Source: Negaprion brevirostris
Taxonomy: Eukaryota
Assembly (NCBI GenBank): GCA_030324005.1
Contig: JARDVH010000084.1
Location: 93,112,417 to 93,176,416, forward strand
Reading direction: 5' to 3'
DNA: 64,000 nucleotides
The notes below the pieces were generated by a model that saw only the letters and a list, made by a program, of their open reading frames with translations, was not told the DNA's origin and made no database searches. The position numbers were made by a program, and so were the translations under genes. Positions 37,391 to 51,699 of this stretch are shown here, in pieces (the stretch's first letter is position 1; each line of letters starts with the position of its first letter).

Positions 37391-40199
37391 AGTTCAGTTG
37401 ACTCTTTATCTAAAATGCAAGATAATTATGTGCGGTGATGAAATGTTGGAATGTGAACTGAAAGTAACCAGTGTGATGAATAGAACTCCTAAGGATGATG
37501 TGTGCGGTAGACATCTGNNNNNNNNNNNAGGTCGATGACTGCAATCAGAAACAATATAAAGAAGCGAGTTGCCACATTTTTCTGTCATCAAAACTGGCTC
37601 TGTTTTATCATATGTTATGGCTAAATATGTGAAGACAATAATTATTACATTTGCAATAAAGAAAACTATGATTGATAGTATACCTCACCATTGATCTGAC
37701 TTCTATTACAAATGAATAATGGTTATAGAGATGATAATACTAAGAATAATGCTATACATTTTATGTTCTTAGTTGAACAGTTTAAAATTATCAAGAGTGT
37801 ACTTCTACCAATTCAAATAATATTTACGAGTTATGCGTGTCTACGTGTGTATTTGCACGTGACTTTGTTTTTATGCGCTTGTATTTGTACTTCTCTTTAT
37901 GTTGGTGGTTTATTTGTCTCATATATTATGTTGCACAAAATTTCGCACAGCCATTTAATCCTTCACTGTTTACGTTCAAATTGATGGGAAAGGGAAGAAC
38001 TTAGGGCCATCGATAAAACGTGGTCGCCAAAAAATCCAGCTGGTTGTTCAGAAAAGAAACATGTATCTGGATATTGACGCGAAGCTGCAATTTGCCATCA
38101 CAATCATGGTATCGAGATTGTTGTCAACACGTGCAGAGTGAAGTTCTGGAAACATTTGAATGAGAAGAACTACGTTGATAGATTTAGGTTTGAGAATGTA
38201 GAGCGGATTCACTGAAGCATAAACCGTAGGGATTAATTAGGTCGAAAGCCATGTTTCCACATCACGGAACGTGCTGTGCATTCCCATGCTTTCCTCTGGA
38301 GTCTATTCCGTGAATCATTCACGTTAATGTCAATCTGTCGTCTTTTTAAAGATAGGTCGAACCGTTATTACCTGAGAAATTTTGGAGTCCTATGCTAGTA
38401 TCGCCTTCATTTGCTTGGCGTCAGTGCTAACGACGCCAATGAATGTCGGAACTGCGTTCTGACATCTTCGCAATGAAGCATGTTAATTTTAACTAACTTT
38501 GATGTCCCACTCCATTCCCCCTTTAATTCAATACTTTAAACTAGAAAACACGCAAATGTTCTAACGGTAAACAGCTCAAAATCAACAGTTTACTGATTTG
38601 ATAAATGTTAAAGCACCGCGTGCATTACATGTAATGTTATCGTGTTGGCAGTCAGTGAATTACGGAGCACTGTAAGATAAATCGCACTCCGCTTTAGCTT
38701 GCGTACAATAATTTCAGCCAATACCAGCTGAAGTCGTTTGCTTTAACNNNNNNNNNNNNNNNNNNNNNNNNNNNNNNNNNNNNNNNNNNNNNNNNNNNNN
38801 NNNNNNNNNNNNNNNNNNNNNNNNNNNNNNNNNNNNNNNNNNNNNNNCGAAGCAAAATATGTTCATAGTTTGGAAGGGCTTTCATACAGCGTTCAACATT
38901 AGATATTATTAACTGCGTTAAGTGTAAGAAATTACAGAAAACACATCCGATTTTTATCCGAACAAAACAGAGATATAACTGATTATGTTGAGTGCATACC
39001 TGTAGAAGTCATTGTATCTTTTGTTCAATGATTAAAAACAAAGAGATTGTGGTTATTTTAAATTTGACCACCCTTTCAAATACATTATTTTTGCACAATT
39101 CTACAGAAAAACTTTTTATCATGAAAAAATGAAATGTTCCATTGAATTCTATCTAACAATTCGCTATGAGTCCAATTATTTCTATTGTATTCGAATAATT
39201 ATGTCCCATAATATAGATAACAGATCAGTGACGATCGCCAGCAAATGCAGTTATTTCTGTGTCTCTCAGCAGCGATCCCATTCTGATAGAAATGTAGATA
39301 TGAATATTTTATTTTATCATGTCATGGTGCGGACTGAACGCCAGTGGGCTATCAGCCAACGAAATTCTATTTCAAGGAGTCGTAGAATAATGAAGTCAGG
39401 TGTGATGTTAAGCTGGCTGACGTTTTATTATAACACAATTTACGGTAGAAAGTTAAAAAAAATGCCGAAATAATTCCACAGTCATATAAACTAATGGGTA
39501 ATAATGGGTAATAGATTGTGACGTTATTCCTAAATTTTATTTTCTGTGCTTGATGTGTAAAAATCAGTATGACCGAATTCTGAAAGCGTCTATTCACATT
39601 TCTTTCAAAGGTCGATATGCACGCATTTACTGATTCTTCCTCCACTTACGATTGGAGATATAGAACCAGTTTGCTGCGTGACATGCATAAAAAAGCCGGA
39701 GAATAATTTTGGAAGTGTTCAAAATAACAGGGTATCCGGTTGACCGAAGTGGAGACCTCGAACACAATGATGATCGATTTCGATAAGGGGTCAGTGACTA
39801 GTCAAATACAATTACTTTGTGATGACATAAAGTGTTAGAAAAGGAAAATTACGTCAAAAAATCTATTATTTTCCTCTCCCTCTTCGCTTTCAGTAATATG
39901 CACTTGGCAACAAAAAACCAGCACAGATTTGACCCTGTCTTTCCAGAAAATAAATGCATAACAATATCGTGGTCTGATTCATCCAAATTACATTAAAATA
40001 CGAAAGAAAAAGGGAACTGTGATACGATCGATGAAAGGAACATTATATAAGTTCATATTTTGCGGAAACTATTACCTTTGCCTTTTGCTTTTCAATATTG
40101 TCCACTTGCCCGATTTCTTATACCAACTGCTTGGTATTATCCGGATCAAAGCACTGAAGAGGACTGAGCAGGCAAGAGACGATCCTGCTCCTCTGATTA

Positions 40200-40920
40200 A
40201 AGCTCAGAATGGAAATTGTGCAACAGTAACTTACTTACATGCAACAGTGACACGAAAGATAGGCTATGTGTCATGCAGTAAAACGATGAAACAAAGGTTT
40301 AATTTAGCAACTATTTTCCGTCTATGTTGCAAGTGAAACACCATATTTGAAGTTAAATGGAAAAGTGTTGTCAGAGAGATTGTCGTCAATGTGTGATTTG
40401 ATACATTTGTTGACGTGGTCCATAAATGCTGACGAAGCGCTAGAACATTTGTGCAAACATCTAAAGAGTTTCCGTTCATATTCGAAGAGCAATATAATTT
40501 GTTTTCCCGCTATCACTAAAGAAATTCAGCAACGTCTTGCATTTAATGGTTTGTTAATATGTTTCACATAACATTAGCGTATACTTTGTCTTGTAACCTG
40601 AAGTCAATCACTCGAGCACTTTACGACTCTTTGAGATTGTTTTTTTTACTCAGAGCCAGTTTGCTCTCGGGGTTGTTCAACACTTGAGTTGATAACTCGA
40701 ATCCGCAGAATTTAGTTGTCTCCCGATTTTTATCCTAGCAGCAAAAAAAGGAAAGAAGAGCGCAACTCACCTTCACAGGATGTGCTTCATTATTTGAAAA
40801 TACAGATTTACAGATATCTACATTCTTATATATCACGTGATGTCGGTAAGTAGAACGGAAGTTTCACAATTCAGATCAAGATAAATTAGAATAATTGTTC
40901 CAAGTTTGACTGACCAAATC
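40200..40920 (-). pseudogene. Two possible decayed Ig-like exons
   Basis: Acceptor ttgtttcttttgcag near 40921, SVKLGTIILIYLDLNCE and donor AAG|gtgagt near 40771. A second segment reads VIAGKQIILLFEYE near 40516. Confidence 0.3.
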
Positions 40921-42699
40921 TGCAAAAGAAACAATTCTGCATGAAGAATTAGGGTCAAAAATACCGACGAAGTTGTCAAATGTCGGCAGCACCACGGGAG
41001 CAGAGCAATACTTGAAAAGAGGGAAGCCTGAATTTTGTATTGCATTTATTAATGCATAACCTAGATGCACAAATGTGCAATAACTATTAAGTTGCTGCTC
41101 ACATCCCTGTCAGGGTATTAAAAAAAAACGTGCATGCATGTTTCCAAGCCAATCCTTGCGAACTACCTGTGTGTTATGACTTTTTTCAATTCCCGCAAGA
41201 AGATCCTTATTTCGGTTATTCCAACTGAATTACGGCTAATGAAATGACCCAGACTCCGCTAAAAGCAGGTTATATATGCTCGTCAAAATTGCCTTTGCAG
41301 ACAAAAAAAAACCTTAGCGAGCCCCAACACAAGTAAGTCAAAATAATCCACGAAAAACAACCAGTGAATTTGTCCAATTTGTTTGGGGGTAAAATAGTAT
41401 TTCTTAAATAGCGAGAGGTTGGAACGGCTTATGTCCAAAGAGACATACATTTCTATCTTCATCAGTAAAAGGAAGTGACTATGCAGGGTCAGCCAGCAAT
41501 TAGCGATAAAACGGTATTTCAACCGCCGCTGGAATCGCCCAGCCGTCGTCCAGCCATCGTCTCGGAGGAGCCGGAATGCATGCTAGTTAGAAAGATAAAC
41601 TTATTAATTCGTACAGCCTCGGTGCGATTGCATTGGCATTGTTGTGTGAAGTTGGGGATATTTATTCTATGGACGGATGCATTTGTTAAACAGGACTTGC
41701 AATGGAACTTTGCCAGGCTACCAAAAATAATTATGATTTGCCTAATGAGTAGTGATTAAGGACATTCTCAATTGTGTCCACTGAAAGGTGAGAAATTCTT
41801 AGAGTGGTGGTAGTGATATGATATGTTGTTTAGCTAATGAGTCTAGAACCAACGGACGTCGTGGAATGCGGATGACATTTTCAGGGTTAGCTGAGAAGCA
41901 ATTTCTTCTCTCGGCAGCTGGTGAATTTTTGAAAATCCCAAGTCAGTGCAAGTTCAGTCATTGATTGCGATCAAAAGAGGTATCGATAGATTTCTCAGCA
42001 ATTGTAACAGAATAATATGTGGACATAGTGGAAAAATAATGTATGNNNNNNNNNNCTCCAACTATAAATTGGCCTACTCTTGCTCTTATTTCCTATAGTC
42101 ATATCTTTGTATCCAATTATTACACACTATTTGCCTAAGCATACAGACGATACCCTGCCAACAGGTAAGGGATTCCCAAAGGTTTATTCCAAGCGTTGGG
42201 ATATTTTGCGTAGCAGGTGAATGTTAAAATTATACACCACAACTCAATTAAAATATGCATTAACAACTGACAATTGTCTCACCAGATTCAGTTTCTGAAA
42301 AACAATTCGGAAGCATCACACCAACATTAGTAAGCACGATTATGAATTTCCCATACATTTTTGCATTTCAAAATGTCTCAAGGAAATACTTTGGCATGAA
42401 TATTCTTTTTTTTTTAGTTGTTTGTTTAAATCTATTGACATTCCTACATATACAGGAAAATGAATGAAAACAAAACCATGATTGAGCACATGAGACACAT
42501 CAAAGCTTTGACAAACGGTCATCTGGGCTTGAAACGTCAGCTCTTTTCCCTCCTTACAACTGCTGCCAGACCTTCTGAGATATTCTAGCGTTCATTTTTT
42601 TTGGTTTCAGATTCCAGCATTCACAGTATTATGCTTTTATCCAGAGATAGTGAGTACATTAATTTCTGATGTTGAAAAGTTCCCGGGTTTCCGGAAATG

Positions 42700-43570
42700 T
42701 TTCAGTTGATTGGAACCATACGAATCTGACTCCCTTAATCAAGAAAAGAACGAGATAAAATATGAGAAATTATAGACCAGTCAGCTTGACCTCTGTAGCG
42801 GGAACGTTGCTGGAGTAAATCATTAAGGAGAAGGTGACTGAGCACCTGGAAAAACTAAGCTCAGTTCACTAGTGTCAGCACGGGGTTCTGAAGGGAAAAT
42901 TTTCTTTGACAAACCTGTTGAAGTTCTTTGAGGATACAACCAGTAAGATTGATAACGGGGCTCCTTTGGAGGTGATTTTTCTGGACTTTCAAAAGACATT
43001 TTATAAGGTGCCACCCAGGAGACTGATCCAAAAGGTTAAATCCGACGGCGCTCGGCAGAAGAGTGGCTTGGATTCATAATTGGCTGACTGAAGGAAAGCT
43101 AATGGTTGGGATACCTGGGTCCTTCTCCAGTTGAAGATCTGTAGCAAGTGGGGTCAGACCTGGTTCAATTCAGAAGAAAAGGAAAGGAGGTGGGGAGGGG
43201 GTGGATATTTGATTGAGGTGTATAAAATAATCAACGGGATTCATAAACTAAATCTTAACCAAATGTTTACCATCCACAACAGTCTGAGACAAGATGCCAT
43301 GGTTTTAGGATAATAGGGTGGAGCTTCAAGGCAGAGATAAGGAGCAGCAAATTCTCAACGAAAGTTACGAATGAGTTACACTCACTGCCCCAGGATGTGG
43401 TGGTTGCCGAATTAATCAATGTATTCAAGAACGAAATATACAAACAACTGATCAATAGTGGGATGAAGTGCGACAGAGAAAAGGAAGGCAAGTAGAGTTA
43501 GGAAAGATGATATAGAATGTGAGAGCGGACTCGAAAGGCTGAATTGACTCCACTCGCTCTAATTCCTATT
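42700..43570 (+). mobile_element. Internally deleted CR1 LINE
   Basis: NYRPVSLTS, QHGF..GK...TNLLKF, DFQKTFYKVP, LIEVYKIING and the CR1 tail. Confidence 0.85.
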
Positions 43571-44419
43571 TAATGTTATCTGTACTTTTAAAGGCTACAC
43601 ATATTCAATTCGTAGTTATGAATCAGCAAAAATTTGCTTTACCTCTCTTATATCCAGAGAACAAATCCTCCATTTCTCCCGCAGCTGGGATTTTCAAGTC
43701 CCACAGGGGTGAACAAAGAATTGAACAAGTGGCACATTCTCCGTTCTAACCGGCAGTGCAGGCAGGGTGTGAAAAATGGTAGAATTCCGACCATAAGATT
43801 GCAAGCATATTGGCAAGTTTAACATAGTTCACATAATTTATGTTCAAGATGAATAAAATATCTAAATCAAACAAGACAATTCTTTAAAAATATGGTAAAG
43901 CGAATAAATGCTCATGATTATTATTAGAGAAAACCAATTCTTTTCTTTTGTTTTTCTTTGAAAACTGTTGAAATGTCACATTGCACTCATTTTCAATGTT
44001 TTGTCAGGTCACCAAACTGATGCTTCACATTATTGACGACTGTATCTTTATGTTTCTCCGCACAACTCTATTATTATGCATTATTTATATTTATCATACA
44101 TCTGCATATTTTGATATGTTGCATAACAAATAAGATCTCCGAATTAAACATAGCTGGCACTTACCTTTGCAGAAGTAAACATCATTTGTTACTACACTTT
44201 ACGGGTCCGAGTAAATTCGGCGTGTGGGCAGCAGTCCATGTAATTACAAGAAGTTGTCTTACTCAGGGTTATGCATGACCTTTTAGGTTGGAAACTATCG
44301 TCCTTACTTGGTTTTGTCTCCAAGTGACTCCACACTCTCATCAATGTGTTTCACTCTTCATTGCCGTCGGGAATGTCCCAGCAAGTTACTCAATTGTATT
44401 GAATCACTGCAGGGGGGTC

Positions 44420-45290
44420 GGGGGGGGGGGGGGGGGTGGTGGAGGATGAAGCTCCGTGGGCCATGTAGCATCGCCCTATGCATTGGGGACCACAATGACA
44501 AACTCAGTCATATCGGTCCTGCCAAGTGTTCTTTATTAACACCTTTGGGCTTCTACAAAAGTTGGGGAGATGTCCGACAAATTAGTCAAGAAACAGCCTG
44601 ATGAATTCATGTTCAGAGAAAAATACCTGTAAGATAATCCCATACCTGAAAGATAATCCCCCAGATTTCACATCAGCGTTCCTAGATACGCCATACCCCA
44701 CGGGTCTACTCAGTAAAATAATCGAAGGGGTCAAGAACATTGCTATTAAGTGGCACATTTTCAGCAATAACTTGCTCACCAAGGTGAACCAACTCCTGGC
44801 ATCATTGAAACAGCCTTGGTTCAGACATGGAACAATAAATTAAAACACCAGAGGTGAGACGCGAGTGACTGTCCTGCACAGTCAGGGAACATTTAATACG
44901 TATAGGATCAAGGAGCCTAAACGAACCTGAAGTCTCCAAGATTCTCCAAGGCAAGAATATCTGTCACCACTTGATACTCAATGAAACTCTCTTGTCTTCC
45001 TGTGTGTTATCATTGACCAGAAACTGAACTCGACTTGCCATATAAATTCTGTGGCTACCATTGCAGGACACAGGCTATGAATCCTTTGGCAAAACAGAAG
45101 GTTTCTGTCTCCTCTTGACTCCAAAAAGCCAGACAACCATCTACAAAGTGTCAGTTAAAAGTGGAATGTAATGCGTCCCAAATGCCTGAAACTCCTCGAG
45201 AATAGGACTGTGGGTGCAAGGAAGTCTCGGAGATGGGCATGGACAATAAAAATGCTGGTCTAAACAGCAGCGCCCACACTCCATAAAATT
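44420..45290 (+). mobile_element. Fragmented L2/CR1-group LINE
   Basis: LSKIIEG..NIAIKWHIFSNNLLT and the same 3' end as 24830-24880. Confidence 0.7.
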
Positions 45291-48200
45291 AATAGGAAAT
45301 GTTAGTGTGGAGTAAATTGAGTTTGTGAAGGCATAATCAGACTTGACTTGCCTGATTCTGATGTATTACTACATATTCCGAATCTTGTCTTATCCGAGGT
45401 ACGATGATAGGCGAGGCAGAGCTTCGATTATGTATGTTTCCTGACATGAATCCGCTCATCTCGACTGCTTTGGTATCTTACACCTGCATATTGGATCACG
45501 GGCCATTCCCGCTCGCTCTCCATCATAAACCCCGTAAAGCAGTTCAGGCCGTCAGATCAGATCACTCACCACCTCATTGACTGATGAAACAAACTCCATT
45601 AGCTTAAATCCTGACCTTTGCTTGTGCATCTTTTGTTCTTCTGATCTCTTGAGTCGCCAATCATTGGCAACTCAGTGGCTGTTTCCGGCTAGCTTCAGTT
45701 GTTAAGCTGGCACAAGGGCATCAGAGCATCAATTAGTCCAGTTCAGCTTTCAAGCTCAGGACAAAAAGTTGAGAAGAGGAGGGCCGCCTCCATCAGCAAC
45801 ACCGGTTTCACATTTTGTGACCCAAATGTCAACGACAACAACTTTCAACATTGCCGAGTTAAATTGCTTTAGCCAAAGAAGGGTTTTATCAATGAGGTCG
45901 GACATAAATTCGCATTCCATTTAATGCAGATATTGCCGTTTAAAATTTCTGAAAAGTGGCTAACATCTGAAGTGCAAACATTCAAGCAGCTAAGAAGATA
46001 ATTGAATTCAAGAAGAATGAAACATGATTCAGAATAGAATCGAAGAAGGTATTTGAAGGAAGATGACTATTTAAGGAAAATAAACTGCTGAATTAAGAAA
46101 CCGTATATGCTGACTGAGCAAGCCGAAGAACAAGTTAAGAACAGTGACAAACATAAATAAAGAGCGCCTCAAAACGCAAAAGAGAATTTGTTGAGAAATT
46201 GGGAAAGAAAAAGAGAGTGCATGCTGCAGGAAGAGAACACCAGAAGACAGTAGAAAATATCACTTAGCAGATCTCTGGGAATGAAACACGAATCCCACCA
46301 TGCCAGTCGGGGACTAATAATGAAGTTTGATTAAAACAAAGCAGAGATAAACAAGTTGATTGGTACGGTCAGCCCTTTGAAAAGTTATTAGCCGTCCTGA
46401 GCATGATAACTGCCTTCTGTTGACATTGTTTGTATTGAAACACACCTTTCAAAAAAAAATCAAATATTGTGCAGCTCCAAAGCCTGGAAAAAGCAAAAGC
46501 CATTCGAGTTAACTCTTCAGGCGAAGTTGCTGCCAGCAAATCGGACAAAAGGAGTGGAATTGTACTTTTTTCGATCCCCACCCTCATCTGCCAACTTATG
46601 ATGAAGCAATTGACAACATCATTGACAGCATGTTTGGGACAGAACAAGTTGAGTATCTTTTTGTCAAATTTTCAAGGTAGGCCTACCTCCGAGGGAAGTC
46701 TGACAGACTGAGCATGCGTGCAAAATAGTCTGATCTGCATTTCAAAAATCAGGAAATGCAAGTCATTCACAACAAAATAGCAGAAGATTTCCCATAACCA
46801 ATGCTGACAGAGTGGTTAGTTGAGGATACTTGCTTAACACACAGCCATCTCAGCAACAACCGAGGAGCTGGAAAGGAGGTCAAGGTTCAGTTGAACAACA
46901 CCTGAGCTGTACGCCAAAGACTCCGAAAAATCTCGAAATCCAAGGAATATAGTCCTAAGAACAAAATCAGATGATACAACAGAAATCGGAATTCAGCTTT
47001 GCTCCATTGTTGGTGGTGAAGCCTGATAACCTTTTTATCTGGGGGTTGGTGGAGCCTGGGAGGCATATTTTGCAATATTTTCTTACATAAGATCTGCAGC
47101 AGCTATAACACATTTTCAAATTCGGCATGTTCAAGATCAATGGTTTCTTTTATAGAGTTAGCCTCTCGATTAAGAAGCCGTGGATTAGAATGGCCAGAAC
47201 GCGTGTTAAGAACGACCCGAGGACAAATTGCGCATGCTGCTCTAAAATGGACAGCATTATGGAAGCATAAACGGGGCAGGCCAAAAATAATATGCTTAGG
47301 ACTGTGCTGGCAGAAAGGGAAAAGATTTACCACATATGTCGCAAAGCACAAGCTAGACGGGAAAACCAAACGTACATTGCTACGTCTAGAATTCACATCG
47401 GGACTGCGATGATCCTTCACAAAACTAACTTGTCCTGGTTGAGGGGGAAACATCTACCTGAAGCAAATTCCGTTTTGTTAGAGATGAATGTTTCTGGTCA
47501 GCTAACATCGATCTGAATGTCTTCTCCATCGATCACTTATGTGGCGGAAATGGAAAGCGGGACATTCAAACAATTCTAGTCATATTATTATTGAATTTGC
47601 TTATTTTTGCCGACGAATTATTTTGGAAAATTCGATATAGGTAATGTTTGCTGGAGAAGCCTACTTCCCAGGAATAAAGCTTGGCTTTGATAATATAAAA
47701 CAAAAGAATACCATGCAAAATATGGTAAGTGTCATGATTGTGTAACTAACATGTAAATGTTTTCTGTTACAGAAGAAAAAAATATAGGGAGGCTAGAAGC
47801 AGATGGTGTGCGGGCGTGGGAAGAGATCTTAGAAAAGAAATATTGCCTGTTATACATAGCTGTCATAACGATATTTCCTTAAACTGCAAATTAGCAGCAG
47901 GTGCTAACGAGTTATCGTCGTGCTTTTGATTCATTATTCTCGCATTTAAAGTAATTTAAGCACGGCGAAGAGATACGGTGTGCTGCGTTGATCATATATT
48001 TGACTCAAGTTAGCACAACGTAAATTTATTGTAATGCTGTCAACAAAGGAAAAAAAAGAAATGCTATGCGTTTTAATTTGTTTGCTAGGTAACCTTTCTT
48101 TTCACGATTATTACATACGTGTGCCTATTTCGTCTCCTGCAAGGAACAAAATGTAGTATATTTTTCACGGTCCTTTGAAGCAGGGAACTAAATAAGTGAG

Positions 48201-48432
48201 GCAAACATTACTGCACTTTCAACAACAGCGGAATTTCTGTAAATAAATAAACTTGCTCTTTCCCCAGGTTGCAGTGTTTTTTTTTTCTGATTCTTAAGGA
48301 AGGAAGTGCTTATGACGTTGTTTTAAGCACGATAAATGATAGACGTAGATGCGCAAAGATAAAAGGCAAACTGTGAACCCCCAGTTGAAGGCCAAATAAA
48401 GCAAAATTATTTGATGCCACAATATAAAGCAC

Positions 48433-48749
48433 GGGCGGCACGGTAGCACAGTGGTTAGCACTGCTTCTTCACAGCTCCAGGGTCCTGGGTTCGATTCCCG
48501 GCTCGGGTCACTGCCTGTGTGGAGTTTGCACGCTCTCCTCATGTCTGCGTGGGTTTCCTCTGGATGCTCCAGTTTCCTCCCACAGTCCAAAGAGGTGAGG
48601 GTTAGGTTGATTGGCCATGCTAAAATTGCCCCTTAGAGTCCTGGGATTAGTGGGTAGACGTGTGGGGATAGGGCCTGGGTGCGATTGTGCTTGGTGCAGA
48701 TTCGATGGGCCAAAGGCCCTGTTTCTGCACTGTAGGGTTCTATGTTCTA
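48433..48749 (+). mobile_element. HE1-type SINE, near full length and relatively young
   Basis: Pol III A box (tagcacagtgg) and B box (ggttcgattcc), central core, and CR1-like tail ...ctgtagggttctatgttcta. HE1 is an elasmobranch SINE. Confidence 0.92.
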
Positions 48750-49094
48750 ATATATAAGGTGCATTTCAAAATCAACAAGCAAGCATTCTATCCGTAAACA
48801 GCTGGATCTTCCATTCGATTTACAACAATTTTTGACACAGCAAAAGTTACTGTTAGGAAGCTCACGACAGACTTCAAGTAGTCATGCTACGCCAATGAAT
48901 GGATGGGGCACAGAGTTCGGGAGATACTTTTTTTAGGGAAAGGGAAGAGAGACTTTATAACTTATTGAGCCGCAGAAGAACAAAATTCCTGGGCTGAATA
49001 TGTTTAAGCGACGGGGAGAAAATGCAGTATGTTTGTGGCTTTAGGGAGCAGTGGTAAAAGTATGTAAGAACACCATGCCCTATCCTTTTCTATT

Positions 49095-49512
49095 TATAAG
49101 AACATAAGAAGTAGGAGCAGGAGTAGGCCATCTAGCCCTTCGAACCTGCCCCGCCATTCAATAAGATCATGGNNNNNNNNNNNNNNNNNNNNNNNNNNNN
49201 NNNNNNNNNNNNNNNNNNNNNNNNNNNNNNNNNNNNNNNNNNNNNNNNNNNNNNNNNNNNNNNNNNNNNNNNGGTAGTTATAGGACGGATGTCAGGGGTA
49301 GGTTCTTTACCCAGAGGGTGGTGAGGGATTGGAATGCCCTGCCTGCTGTTGTTGTAAATGCGCCTAGTTTGGGGGCGTTTAAGAGATCCGTGGATCGGTT
49401 TATGGGTGGAAAGGGATTGGTTTAGGTTAGAGGGTCATTGCTTTTTGATTGGTCGGTGCAACATCGTGGGCCGAAGGGCCTGTTCTGCGCTGTAATGTTC
49501 TATGTTCTATGG
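49095..49512. mobile_element. Two young CR1 3' tails in opposite orientation around a gap
   Basis: Minus-strand tail ataagaacataagaagtaggagcagg at 49095-49172. Plus-strand FFTQRVVRDWNALP...gttctatgttctat at 49273-49512. Confidence 0.85.
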
Positions 49513-50409
49513 TAACTTAGAACTTTCTTCATATTTTTTATTGGCTATATCCAGAAATACATCCTGAGCATACGCTATGACGCAACCTCACCAAATTTAG
49601 ATCTCGAGAATCGTGGAGATGTATTGTATTTTGAGTTTTGAAAACCGTCCTCATCTCAGAGAAAAAATGGCCTTCCTCCAACTTTGTGACTGTGTTGATC
49701 AATTGTAAAATGTCCTATCCAGAGTGAAATCTACTCTACAGGTAACGTGACTGAAAATAATTCATGTTTCAAGGAGACCGTGTCTCATAGGAAATTCAGC
49801 TCAATTTCGCAGAATATTTCCCAAACTCACTCGTTCAAAAAGTGCTCTGTCCCGACTTATATGGTACAAATGTGTTTATTTTGTGTGTGTTTCACTCTCC
49901 TTCGCTCGCTATCTATCAGACCAACTTTCTGCTCACTTACATTCCCCAAATGAAATGAGCCTACGCTATTACTCACGCAAGCACATCAGTGGTTTGCATA
50001 TGCATTGTAATATCAGCACGAGGGAATTCCCTCCTTAATAGCTGTTTACATTAGGACTGTGTCTTCCCTAATTCTTCAATGCTTCCTCGTGCCGTCATCA
50101 CGCTGCTGAAATACTGACGAAATTAATTGCCGTCTGACCGAAAGCACAATGTCCTCCACTTTTTTTATCACGTCATCCCTGTTCTGAGTTTTGCTACAGC
50201 GCTACTTTTCCATCTCTGAAAGTAATTATAATAACATAGTAATTCTGCGTATCCACGAAAGCCGTTAATATATTTCAGATGCACATTACGTTTGGCTGCC
50301 AATGAAGAAAAACTTGTGTCAATTGAAAGCTATGTGGCTTCGAACTTTCTCATTAGGTAAAATACGACGTTTGAGATTAACGAATGTGCTTTCGACTGAA
50401 TTGGCCTTT

Positions 50410-50760
50410 ATTAATGGAATATGGAATAACAAAGGACTACATTCATTTCCAAATATTGTTCTGCGATCCTTAGCTGGCAATTTCCAGACTTGATTGCAAT
50501 TAACTTTAACTTGTTGATGAAATACGACGTTTTCCAGAGCGACGTATTACCTAAGGGGATTGATAATGTCTCTCGGCCAGTTATCATCAGCACCCATCTA
50601 ATTATGCAAAACGTTCTGTCTCAGGGGATCAGTAAAATTTCCTAAATTATCGTAGTACTATTAAGCGAGTTCTGTGCTGTGAAGCTTGCGAGCTCTAGTT
50701 GTGTTTTCTCCGAAGTTTGTCAACTAAATATCGCGTTTTCCTTTGCTACTTCTTTTCTGT
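50410..50760 (-). pseudogene. Decayed IgV exon (B7/BTN-like D-E strands)
   Basis: Phase-1 acceptor tgatttccag|AC. One frame with stops: QLELASF...TTII*(W)...TGRETLSIPLGNTSLW...KSGNCQL. Preceded by a consensus phase-1 donor AAAG|gtaagt at 50909 (possible leader end). Confidence 0.45.
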
Positions 50761-51287
50761 CTGGAAATCATATGATGAACAAAAAGTTAAAATCATACTA
50801 ATGTTAATACAGCTCTGATTAAAATTTCATATTGTGATAGAATTGATGTTCTATGTTTTGAAAGTGGCATTTACCCTATAACTTCCTGCTTAACCCCTGA
50901 AAACTTACCTTTGCTGGTAGCTGTTCCAGAGGAATAAAAGAATAGTTGGTAATGCCAAAAAAGACAACAATGTAAAAACAGGCAATCAACAAAATTAATA
51001 TGCCATTAATTGCAATGCATATGTCCAATTGACAAAATATCGTAGACGCCAAAAACTAATGGCAAATTATACTTCGTTGAAATAGCTTAAATGTAACAAA
51101 TTCAGTGTATGTAAAAGATGAGCTTGAGTAATTTCTAATGCTGGAACAGTTATTGATGATTAGTATCAACATGCATTTATAATCGTTTTCAAAGTTTACT
51201 AATGTTTTGCTATTATGAATGTCTTGAAATATTTAGCGCAAATTCAAAACAAATTTAAACCATTTTGCAGTTGTTTTTTTCTCTTAC

Positions 51288-51323
51288 AGTGCATTCCCAG
51301 TTTGTGCAGAATGTTATCAATAT
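51288..51323 (-). pseudogene. 36-bp phase 1-1 micro-exon (DIDNILHKLGMH), unit C
   Basis: ctttctgtttctcttttatttcttcag|ATATTGATAACATTCTGCACAAACTGGGAATGCACT|gtaaga. Confidence 0.6.
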
Positions 51324-51699
51324 CTGAAGAAATAAAAGAGAAACAGAAAGTTCAACTTTTTTTATTGTTTCAGAAAATAGGCAAGCATCTGTAAATTGAT
51401 TCAGACAGCGATCATTCTGGTTTTGTGTTAATGTTTCAGAAGATAATCTATTAACGGCCCTATTGTTGGGCTACCGATGAAATGAAAATGAAAATATTAT
51501 CAATTTCCTGACAATAAGCTCAAAAACACGTACAAAAATAATGGAACATAAGCATTCGGATTTTCAGCAACCTTTGTTTTATTCGGTTTATTATTGTCAC
51601 GTGTAATGTGATCCACTGAAATGTGTTGTTAAGGACATAGAGTATATGGGGGAGAAGCAAATAATAGGGTATCGAAGATAATCTTGCAGTTTCAGGTAA

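Noticed and set aside
40771-40919. In-frame TGA codons as selenocysteine or readthrough
   Set aside because: TAA and TAG stops and frameshifts are equally common across the cluster, consistent with ordinary decay.
50300-50760. TNF/C1q-like terminal exon (LLIP*DRTFCII)
   Set aside because: Weak match. The same frame has GR..L...GNTSL, which fits IgV better.
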